Shown piece by piece: positions 40,577 to 51,815 of a DNA stretch of 64,000 bases. The position numbers and the translations under genes are program-made. The stretch is from assembly GCA_050084985.1 (NCBI GenBank), contig JBITNC010000001.1, positions 154,008,001 through 154,072,000 on the forward strand, written 5' to 3'. How positions within the stretch are numbered: the first letter of the stretch is position 1; every line of letters starts with the position of its first letter. Below the pieces are notes generated by a model, which was not told the DNA's origin, did no database searches, and saw only the letters and a list, made by a program, of their open reading frames with translations. This DNA is from Nageia nagi (Eukaryota; Plantae; Pinophyta).

Positions 40577-43500
40577 ATGGATACTAATGGAGAAACCCTA
40601 ATTCCTGGTCTACCAAATGACATAGCACTCTGGTGTCTAGCCAGGGTGCCATCTGTATTCCTTCCCGTTCTGGGAAATGTCTGCAAGTCATGGAAACGCC
40701 TCATAGAAAATCAGGACTTTCCACTACTTAGGACGCAGGCAAGTCATCTAAATCCTTTTGTCTTTGGTGTTTTCTATTTTCAACATCTGCATATCAAGTG
40801 ATTTTCAATATTAGATTTTAGGACTGATCAATTTTACCTGAATTCTACCCTGTACCAAACTTGTTCAATTTATGCTTTAAGTATATGCTAATTTGAGCTT
40901 AAAGGAGATAGGAGAGTTTACCTTTGTGAAATTTACTTGTTGCAAGGAAACAATAAAATTGGCAAGATCTAAGAGTGTATGCAATTCTTGAATACAAAGA
41001 GAAATACTTGGTAAGTAGAGTTTCAGGCTACCATATTACTGGGGAGAAAATAGAGGTTGTGATCCAAATAGGAGTTCAAGATCTGCATAAAAGGTACTCA
41101 GTTCATGCTTCTAAGTAAATGACATATTAAGAATATAAGCAGTATGACCTAGAAAACAAATACAAAAGGTCAAGGCTATCTTAAGGTGAAAAAAAAAAAC
41201 AAGTTAAAACATCATGGTTGTCTGATGTTCCAAAATATAGGTTTAACAAAGTAGAAGTGTGCAATTTTTTTTTTAAACTAGAGTGAAACACATTTAAAAC
41301 ATATCCATTTTGCTTTAGAAAATATAAAGATGAAATAGTGCAAATTTCATTTGCAGACATGTAAATTACTAAATTGTTATTAATTCTTGTCTTTGTGATA
41401 TTAATTCAAGTAGTAGTCTATTTCTTGAGTTAATCGTATCACAAGAAGTTTGGAGTCCTTTGACGTTTTGTATTTATATATGTGCCTTTCTAAACATTCA
41501 TATTTATTCAAAGACAACTGACCTTTACTTTTTTCAGGTTGGCTCCTCAGAATGTTGGATTTGTGTTCTTCCGGAAATAACAGAGAGTGGAAGTTTTCAT
41601 GCATACAATCCAGTATCTAACAAATGGCATACACTGCCTCCAATCCCTGGTTGGATATCCACTGAATGCTGGCAGGGTTTTGCATGTGTCTCCATTGGTC
41701 ACAGATTGCTTCTCATGGGGGGTGTGCAGCATCCTAAAGGTGTCAAGTTTCAGCATATCTTCCTTTGTTCTGTTTGAGTTTCCAATGCTTATTCTTCCTG
41801 AAATCAAACGATTATGATACAAGAGTAACAACTTACATTGGTTACAAAGTTGAATAGGTTTGCTTTAGAGTGTTTTGACATAACTGGTGAAATTGTTTAC
41901 TTTGCATGCACACATGCACTTAACCCAAGCACATACAGGTTGTCTGAAAATTCAAAAAAACAAATCATGAGTTTTCCATGTCTGAAGTCTTCGAAAGTCA
42001 GGATTGATCTCATACACTGCATTTTTGTCATATTTTGGGTCTTGAACAATTACATTGATACAATAGTGATTGATAACATCTGTAAGTATGAAAAACCTGC
42101 CTGGATACAACATTGAATGCATACTCAGTTTCCTACTAATAGATGAATGGGTTTATAGGCATTTGCTTGCAGATTACTCATGCACGTAAATAATTCGGTT
42201 TCATTTTTTAGTTGTGCTTGCTGCGTGGTGTCATCTTTGGGAAGCTTCCCTAAAGTTTCCACCATATTTTTCTGACAGTATTGCTTTTGGTTGTCGTCAG
42301 TTGTTGCACCACCACCAAAATGGCTTGGAAGGCTGAGGGTTACGTTATAAGTCCAGTTTTGTTGTGTCAAATTAGCTTAAATACAAAATAGGTTCCTATT
42401 TTAGTTTTTGTTGTTGTTTAGTTTGTTGAGAATGCTTCTTACTAAAACATGCCCTACATACATTGTTGCACATGTGCAGAATTCCATTTTTTTGTCTAAG
42501 CTTCCATGACTGAGGGTTTCTTTTCCACCAAAATCTGCCCTGGCTTTGCACCCATCCAAATCCTTTGGCTATAGCCAGTGTGATTCAAACCCTAAGGCAT
42601 GTAACTCACTGACATCATCAACACACATGCCATCAGATTGAAAAAAAGGCTGTTTAATCTTTCAAAAGTTGTAGATACACCTGGTCATGTATGTTTTATT
42701 TCCTTCTATGTTGCTTGATTACACTAGTGCTTCTTTTCTAGGTAAGGCTAAAAAGTATAGTAGATCAAGTGTATCTTTGCATGAGTTAATCATGATTAGT
42801 TTTTTTTTTTTTAATTGTGATCTTTCTTTTCATGCTACTCCTGTTAACAAACTTTAAATCATGATCAATAGGTGCGGTTGCAGATGTGAAAGTTTATAAT
42901 GCTTTTACAAACCAGTGGTCTAATGCCAGAAGTATGAGCTCACCCCGCAGTTGGTTTGCTGCAACTGTAATTGGAGACCTAGTTTATGTGGCTGGTGGTC
43001 AAGGAAAGATATCTTTTCTTGACACTGCAGAAGTTTATGATTTGAAAAATGATGTATGGAAGCCCATATCGAACATGAATTGTGTAAGGTACAGTTACTG
43101 TGGTGTTACTCTTAATGGTCAATTCTGGGTCATTGGAGGAGAATATGCAAGACACCAATATGGTGCTGTCCCTGCAAAAGGGTCAGCGGAGGTTTATGAT
43201 CCTTCAAGTGGACTGTGGGTGCTTATACCTGAGATGGGGATTGATATACACAAGGTAAGGTTTCTTATATCAAATGCTTGTATCTTTATAAAAATTTAAA
43301 GCATGTTGCTATCTGTATTCTAAAGAATTGAGAGTTGATATTTATAACTACTATTCTGCTTACGTTTATATGATTCATTATTTCCCTCTTTAACAGTTAT
43401 AAATAGCCATAATACATGACATGACAACACTGAGCTGCCTTGTCTATGTTTTAGAAAATTAATTGATGCATATAGAATTGATATAGGCTGTTGCAGAAGC

Positions 43501-44456
43501 TGATGGCAGGCAAACACAGATAATCATAAAGAATGTTCTTTAAATTATTATTATAAACTTAGTAAAGCCTGCAAGTCCACAAGAGACATTGCTGGGGTGA
43601 ATTTAGCTCGTCTTAGTAAAATTATCTCTTAACTTCTGATATTATTGAGTTCGTCAGTGACATTGACACGTTACATAATCATTTGAATAAAGCGGGCTTA
43701 GAGTGTCATTTCCAGCGATACACATCTCAACTGTTACACTTGAATGGTGCTGTTGGATGCAGAACAAGGTAATTCTAAATCCATCTAACATGCAGTCAGA
43801 AAATGTACAAGCCCAATTATGGTGCGATCATATCTATTTGGAAATTGGTTTAGACTATTTCATTTTATGGATGTACCATACATGACTGAATGTTTTGATG
43901 CGGTTGTCCCTCATTATTATTCAATAAATTTTTTAAATATTTTTCTGAAATTCATATGCAAGATTTATTTACTGCTTGCAGGGACAGGAGTATTGTTAGG
44001 GTTGCATTTTTCTTCTGATTGAAAAGGCATATTGATTTTTGTTGTCAATATTGATGTTGTTTTAATCCCTTGCCACTGTAGGTTCCTTGGCCTACTACTG
44101 TTCATAGAGAGCAGCTTCTTTGTGTGCACAAAAATAGAGTAATGCTTTATGTTAGAGAGACAAATGAATGGATGCATATTGGCAATGTTATGGGTTGGGA
44201 AGATTATAGGAGCTCCTCTCAAGTATCCCGTCATGGTTTCACATTTGAAAGTCTTGGCAGTGAGATTTATATCATTGGTGGCAGACAAGTATCTTGGTTA
44301 AATTCCAACAGACCAATTAATAAAAACCTGAATACTGTAAAAATCTCTACCCTGCAGAACCAAGGCAACTCAAAATACCTACCATGGTGGAATGGTGCAA
44401 ATATGGACAGTAGCAGTGGTGGCACTATTCTTGCATCTTCTGTTGTATATGTATAG
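40577..44456 (+). CDS. F-box/kelch-repeat protein, 373 aa; exons 40577-40738, 41538-41739, 42872-43254, 44082-44456
   Basis: F-box LIPGLPNDIALWCLARVP...VCKSWKRLI. Kelch repeats LLLMGG, MSSPRSWFAATVIGDLVYVAGG..AEVYD...W, FWVIGG..AEVYDP...W and IYIIGG. Exon lengths 162+202+383+375=1122 nt with consistent phases and no internal stop. Intron 1 donor is CAG|GCAAGT. Confidence 0.92.
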
Positions 44457-45599
44457 AATTTCTTCCAGTTAAATTATACAAACCCTGCAATTAAGGTGCA
44501 GTTTCTCTAAAACATTGGGCAATTGTCGACTCTATGTGGTTAAATGAATTTCTTCCATGGGGGTCATCATGATGATCATAAGAATGCCAACCACATTCCC
44601 CAAAGCTTTCAACAGGGTGAAATGAATAAGTACTAGTTTCCTATAGCCTACAACATATACAAATGGCTGGCAAGCCCGTAAATCTAGTACTGATTCTTAC
44701 AGGAGCAGAAAAACAGGATATTACCATACATTGAATATGAATAATTCTTTCAAGAAACTATGATTAAGTTGTCATTCCACTTTCTATTCCAGCTCTATAT
44801 AGCGAGTCCCTTGAGTTGGGTCCTCAGTCTTTGAAAAAGGATATCAAAGATGCATTAATACTATAAAATTGCTTAAAAGAGGAGCCATAATTAAGAAGGA
44901 TCTCGACCATTGGTAGTTTTGGTAAGCATAATATCAAGACAACAGATTAAACAAGAACTTGGTAGTTTCGAAAGCATAATATTAGATCCATTCAGCTAAG
45001 TTCATCAACTTGGGAGCAGTAATATTTTCATTATTCACCCTTTACTACCTCTATTCAAAGTGGCATTTTTCTGATAAGTCGGCTTCTCAACTTCCTAATT
45101 TTCTTCAAAACAATCTTTCTAAACTATAAACTTTAGGCAGGGCCGTTTTACAAATTCTGTAAATTTCAAAAAGGATTCAAAGTAACAAGTTGCTTGCAAG
45201 GAAGATTGCCAATAGTTTCTTCTAGCCGATTTTTAATGTCTAATAATCTACTTTTTATTAATAAAGCATGTTTTCTACCACTCTTGAAATATATATATGA
45301 AAACTTTGAAGTTTTGTTCTAGAAGATCTTTACCAAGGCATATAGACAAAGTTTTATCATGCATGTATCTCTTTTCATTTTTAGTCATCAATTAATGTGT
45401 AGGTGGACTCTCACATTTGCATACAAAATAAATTTTATCATTTTCTCAAGCTTAGTAATGAGTAATTAGTGAAATGAATTTTATTAATATTAAATTTTTT
45501 AACTTATTGTGTAAGAATTGAACCTAGTTCAAACTTTCTTCCTTGTGATATGCATTTTTATTAATCCTATTTCAATAATATTAACAATGATTTAAACTA

Positions 45600-46702
45600 G
45601 GGAAAATTACTCAAATATCATAAATTATGTATTTAATAAAAGAGCCCCCACAATTTTATATTTACAAAAATGACCCTTTAATTTAATTTGACAGCCACCA
45701 GTACATCCACCACCACTACTAAGTTCTGGCCTTTGTTAGCGGAGCTTGCTTGTTTCGGATGATATTAAGCTTGCTTATTCATACAGATGATTCCTTATCA
45801 CCGCCGTCCTAATAGAAAAATACATAGCTCTGTCAACAGACTTCTTCAATCTATTTGGCAGAAGGCTAAAGTCTCCAAGTAGTTGCACATTATACTAATT
45901 ACGTTGAACATCTATTGTCTACCAGTTTCATCGTTCCAACCCATATTATGTCAACACCTTCTTAGGGTTCCTATACATCGTAGGCTATCTTCAAATAGAG
46001 GCCAAATTTGTGTGTTTCAAAGAATAGGCATAAGTCGTGAGTAGGGTCTTCTTGAAGCATTTCGATGAGGGTCTAACGTTCTAGCCATCAAGATACACTC
46101 TTTTCATCTACCACCATCCCTTTTTGGTAATTCACTCAAGATGCGTAAGAACAAGATCATCCCTCTTATAATGCTCCAACAGAGAGCTGTCCTTGACAAG
46201 AATCTTGTAATTCATGTACTTCAATCCTAATTTACTTGCAAGCTCTTTGAAATAAGTAGCAGATGTTCAATCGGTACCCAATTGAACAATTTGTATAAAC
46301 ACAGAGCCATGCCTCATGAACAGACAGTGTATCATGGTAGCCCCGTGAACTCCCACCATAACATTGCAAGCATTCAAAACATGAAATATATCTGCGATGT
46401 TGTTATTTTAGGATTCACAATTACCACATGAATTCGTGTGCAGCTATTTGACAAAGTTATGGAGTTTACGATTACAGCGGAGGCCATAGGGCATTATATG
46501 TACTCATGGAACAACAACAATAATGTGAATTACTGAACATCATCTAAGCAATCTCAATTAGTGGAGGCCAGGACTTGGTGGTGGTGGATGTGTTGTGGCT
46601 CTCAAATTAAATAAAAACTAAGGGCCATTTTTGTAAATATAAAATTATGAGGGCTATTTTAGTAAATACATTATTTGTCATGGCTATTTGAGTAATTTTC
46701 CC
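45600..46702. mobile_element. Non-autonomous Mutator-like element (Pack-MULE), 1103 bp
   Basis: ~135-bp imperfect TIRs (45600-45732 and 46565-46702) starting GGGAAAATTACTCAAATA. 9-bp TSD TTTAAACTA / GTTAAACTA (8/9). No transposase; contains a host gene fragment. Confidence 0.9.
46010..46430 (-). pseudogene. Captured C-terminal fragment of a glycosyltransferase family 61 gene (xylan glycosyltransferase, MUCI21/XAT-like)
   Basis: Manual minus-strand translation: NACNVMVGVHGATMIHCLFMRHGSVFIQIVQLGTD*TSATYFKELASKLGLKYMNYKILVKDSSLLEHYKRDDLVLTHLE*ITKKGWW*MKRVYLDG*NVR. It matches the GT61 motifs MVGVHGA, FMRPGSVFIQ, ESSL, KKGW and YLDGQNV, with four in-frame stops. Confidence 0.88.
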
Positions 46703-46907
46703 GTTAAACTAAGTAAATTCAATTAAATCTTATCATTTAGACCTACTAAATGGAACTACATTTATTTTACTATCAATGATCTCCCCTTACCAAAAGCAAG
46801 GTTGTTTAACCATTGCACTATACACTTTTATTGTTGATAACAAAAATGTAATGATAATATTTGGTTACTTTGTGATAGAAATTGTTCAAAAGATTAAACT
46901 TAAATGT

Positions 46908-47186
46908 AAACAAAAGTTATTTCATAAATTATAAGAAGAATAGGGAAAATTCAATCTACTCCTTATGCAATTGACATGATAAGCCTGAAGAATAGTATAC
47001 ACAATTAAAGAATGAAAAGTTTTGAAACTTGTAGAAAAAGAAACCAAATTTTTTCAAACAAAAGTTATTTCATAAATTTTAAGAAGAATAGGAAAAGGTC
47101 AAGTTACTCCTTACTCAATTGACATGATAAACCTGAAGAATAGTGTACAATTAAAAAATGAAAAGTTTTGAAACTTGTAGAAAAAC
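46908..47186. repeat. Tandem duplication, ~148-bp period, 2 copies
   Basis: AAACAAAAGTTATTTCATAAATT...GAAAAGTTTTGAAACTTGTAGAAAAA at ~46908 and ~47056. Confidence 0.85.
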
Positions 47187-50100
47187 AACTCAAATTGGTT
47201 TAAAGACACATAAATCCAATATATAAATTTGCTAATAAATTATTCTAGAAGTTACCATTGCACTTGAAAGAAATCTCTAATAAGTTTATTGTGAAGTTGA
47301 ATATCTTGGAGAGAGATCCATTTGAGGATATGCTTATTTTGGCTAAATTCTAAATCAAACTCAAGTATATCCTTGGAGTATGATTAAACATTTTTCTACC
47401 TTTCAAAAATTTCTAAAATAGTATTACCAACAATTTTTAATCTTTAAACAAGTAGAAAGTTCAAATGATTCAAAGTATCTCAAAGATACATGGGACGATC
47501 ATCAAATCCCTTGCTAAAACAAACCTCTTAAGGTTTAGAAGTGATCCTAGGGGAAGCTAAAGCGAAAACAAAAGCTTTTTTCCTTTCAAAATAATTCTCA
47601 TACGACGTTCTTCGTTATCAAGGGATTTTTATATTGAAGAAATATTTATTTTCATTAATTGATTCTTAGAAATAAAATGGTAAATCCAAATATTCATTGA
47701 TCTTAAAAAATATAATTAGACCTTTATAACTATTGTGTTAAAGACATGAGATGCCTAAAAATATTAAATGACTATTGTAATAGAAAAATAAAGAGCAATG
47801 TACTAATAAATGTTCTTAAATTTTGTTACACTAAATGTAAATTGATAAATAATGGTAAGATATGTAAAGAGAGGTAACAAATGATATATGTAAATGAATG
47901 GATGAATGATGTCTTTTAACATCCTTTAAATCTAATGGTTTGTATGACCTATCAAATTTGTCCAAAGATAAATATTTATCATTTATGTATTTAAATGATT
48001 GTTTCTAATAAAATTAAGGTTCATAATAAAGTCATCAACTTTGGTTTAGTTATCTTGGTTTACGAATTCATGAAGCGGGTTGTAATTACAAGGATCATTA
48101 TAGGTTTGTCTAACATCTTTGTAAAATTAGCACATAAGGAGAAAACGAGTATAATCTTCTATGTTTTATAGATTTCAAAATTTGCAAAGTCTTTTATCTC
48201 ATGGTGTTTTGGGTATTATCCATCTACTTGTTTAACTATGCAGTTCATGTAAATTAGTTCTTAATTTTGCAATCATAAGTTTCTTTTTGAAATTGATAAT
48301 ATTATATAGGTAGGATGGATATTCAAACTTTGTGTTGATGATGGATTTATAGTAAGCTAGTTTTCTTTTCTTTTTGATATTATCATTGTTCCAAAAGATT
48401 TCAATTACTTTATTTGCAATTTTAATTTTCCATTATTTGATGGGGTCATACTAATATGTATCCCCTTAAAATGAACAGAGGTACATTGAGAGACTTAGTT
48501 GATATATCTAAGATTCATGAGCTTGGTATGAAACTACTTGTGCCTCAAAGGGAAAACCTTAATAATAATAGATTGAATGATGAACAAATAATAGGAGCAA
48601 AATAGGAGGGTTATATCTCATCGATAGAATAACAAAGTAATCTTGGAATAAGTCATTTGCTACTTGTTTGAGTTGCTACAAACCATGCGTGATTTGGAAT
48701 GGTTATTCTAAATTGCATATAACTTACAACAAAGATTGATCTTGTGACAAACTTGCAATGATGATCTTCTTGGAAGTAAAATTGATATTCCTTGTCAACA
48801 CTAGCACTTTATGCGTAGGATATGGCATTGCTAAATCACTAGATGAGCTTGATGATAATCTTTTCTCCTCCCCTTATGAGCACCAGAGATGTACCTTTTA
48901 TAGGAAACTAATGCATAATCATGAAGTCAACAAACATAACCTTGAAATAATCATCAAATTTGAATTGAACTTTTAATTATGATCCACTTGCACATCTTTA
49001 AATAAATCATTTTTATATACTTAAATTAGTACATTTTATAATACAAAAATCAAATTAAGTATCAACAATTTGCTCCCTTTGGGAATTATGGTGGATAGAC
49101 ATGAGACCAAGTGATAAAAATGAAGAATGCATGATTTTTTTTAGTTTTCATTGATGTGGTGAATGTTCCACCCTTGGGAGGGATGGGCATGAGCTTGGCA
49201 TGCCTTGTTTTTTACCTTCCCTCTTGCCCCTTGTGCTTCCAATTACTTGTGAAAACCTTGGTTGGAACAATGGATTAAAAAAATAATATGTGAAAAGAAA
49301 AAAAGGGCCATGCAAGGAAGAAGACATTTATAAGGGTTGGTGTCTATCTTGAGTGGCAAGGGGGACATTAACAATCCTTGACAATGATCATATATCCCCC
49401 CTTGTTAGTGTAAATGATATAGTTAAGACATCACAAGAAGCATTGATAATTGAAAACATGATAATGATTTGAACAATATAGATAATGACAAGCATTGATA
49501 AATATAACATGATACACATTTAAAAACTTTGCAAGTGATAAAACTGTAATAATGATCATCTACTTAGAGGATTTATAATGTCCATTCTCACAACATAAAA
49601 TGATAATTTTATCATTGTAATGTAGATATGAAATTTGAAATGAAATCAAACATAAAGTGAAATAATCATGGGGTTTCCAAGAGGGGTGTTTTATTGCCAT
49701 GAAGACCAAAACAAGAATGATATCATCATGGTGTTACTAAGGTTCATTTTAAGCATGAATCTTCACTTATAAGAAAATATCAAGACTTCTATAAATTTCA
49801 TTTGACGAATTTCAATCATTTAATATTATACTAAATCACCACAATTTTTATAAAAAAAATCACTTTTATGGGTCACTTTGCCAAAATTTCAAAATTAATT
49901 AAAATATTAAAATTTAGTTTGCCTTCACTATGAAATAAGAAATGATCATATTTGTCAAAGTATTATAATCAAATATTTAAAATTGAAAATAATCACCAAA
50001 ATATTATAAACAATTATTTAATACTATAACATTTCACCTAAAATATAAAAATACATCAAAACCCTAAACGCTAAAACAAATCTCTTAAAATTGGACCTCT

Positions 50101-50459
50101 AGACTAACCTTAGAAACCCTAAAAGCTAAAATGAATCCCTAAAAGCATAAACCAGATCCATATGACTAACCCTTTAAATCCTAAACGTAAAATGGGATAC
50201 TTATTTACCATTGAAACCCTAACTAACCTTTTTAGAGTGACTACAATCGTTTTGCAACAAAAAGGTAAGAAGTTAACTTTGTTTTAAATACATTTCCATA
50301 TTTTATTTGTTGAGAACAAGTTGCATCATTTTATTTTATTTTTTATGAAGTAGTTTAAAATAATTCGTTGCAGGCCCACCTTGTTTCTGAAGATTTGCAC
50401 ACCTTCAAGTAATGTATTTCATTTAAACTTTTCAATTGTATTTTTAACTTAAAAAATTT

Positions 50460-51120
50460 AACACCTCTAACCAGTTAATTGTGTCTATAATTAGTTGGTT
50501 TACATTTGCAATCAAAAGGTTATGTCTACAACCAGTTAGGTGCACCAACAACTGGTTGGTTGCACCCAACTAGTCATGTTTGCAACCATTTGGTTAGGTC
50601 TACAACTGGTTGGTTGCATTTGTAACCATCTGGTTGTAGGGATGTATCTACAACCTCTTAATTGTAGATGCAATTGATTGGTTGTGTCTGTAACCAACCA
50701 ATCACATGTGCAATCAACTGGCTACGAGTTGGTTTGTTGCAATCGTAACCTATCAGTTGCATTCGTAACAAGTTTGTTGCGTTTGTAGCTAGTTGGTTGC
50801 ATCTACAACCAATTACAATCAATCAGTTTCATCTGCAACCAATCGATTGTGTTCGTAACCAATTGGTTACCTTAGTGGTCAAGTGATTGTGCTTGTAGCT
50901 AGTTGGTTGCATTTGCAAGTATTTGATTACCTTAATGGCTAGTTCATTGTGCTTGCAATTGAACAATTACGCCTATAACCTACAACCAACCAATTGCGTC
51001 TATAGCCAGTTGGTTGCATCTATAACCAATTAGTTGCCTCAAACAATTGGTTGTAGTTGGTGTTCACCTGTAACCAATTAAGTGCAAGAATAATATGGTA
51101 GTTGTGTCTACAACCTGATG
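50460..51120. repeat. Degenerate ~21-bp quasi-palindromic minisatellite (core CAACCAGTTGGTTG)
   Basis: Many variants of TACAACC / AGTTGGTTGCA in both orientations. Confidence 0.7.
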
Positions 51121-51815
51121 GTTAATATAGATTTTTATTTAGAACATCACTTAAAATATTGGGTAATCTATTCTTATTTTCAATAAAAGCATTTCTTCTC
51201 ATTGTAAATATTCCAAATAATTATGGCATTATTTCAAGTCCTTGGCTTAAATTTTTTTATTTTACATAGTGTTTGAGTTTACATGATACAACCAAATGGC
51301 GGAATGAAAGATGATAACATGGATTCAAATAATCAAGAAATACAAAGTATATTGAGTGATGTATCGAAATATATTGAGTGATGTATTATTGAGGTAATTT
51401 GCTTCTTTCATTAATAAATTGTATCTACCAATTTTTCAAAGATTTCTTATTGAATCAAGTAACATATGATCTTTTTATTGAAATAGCACAAGAAGTTCTA
51501 AAGGAAGACAAAAATAATCTCATCCAAGGTTTGATGCATTTTGTGTTCTTTTATATTACTCAAAAGTGGCAATTTTAACCTTAAATTCTAATATCAAATA
51601 TATATTTGGTAGAATTTAAAGGTTTTGCTAAAAATGATAATATAATAGCTCAATTCAATAAAAAGTAGTGTGAGATGATATTTTCATATTTTGGCCAACC
51701 ACAAAAATACATCAAAACATGTATCTACAAATATAAGTATGAATTAATTTATAAAAATATTTGTAAATCATATTACGTAACTTTTAAACATATGAGATAA
51801 AATCAAAATTGTGAT

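Noticed and set aside
42125-42370. ORFs shared by both F-box copies in introns (42125-42370 / 60339-60743; 43703-43885 / 62030-62248)
   Set aside because: Explained by recent duplication of intron DNA. They have non-ATG starts, differing lengths and no recognisable domain.
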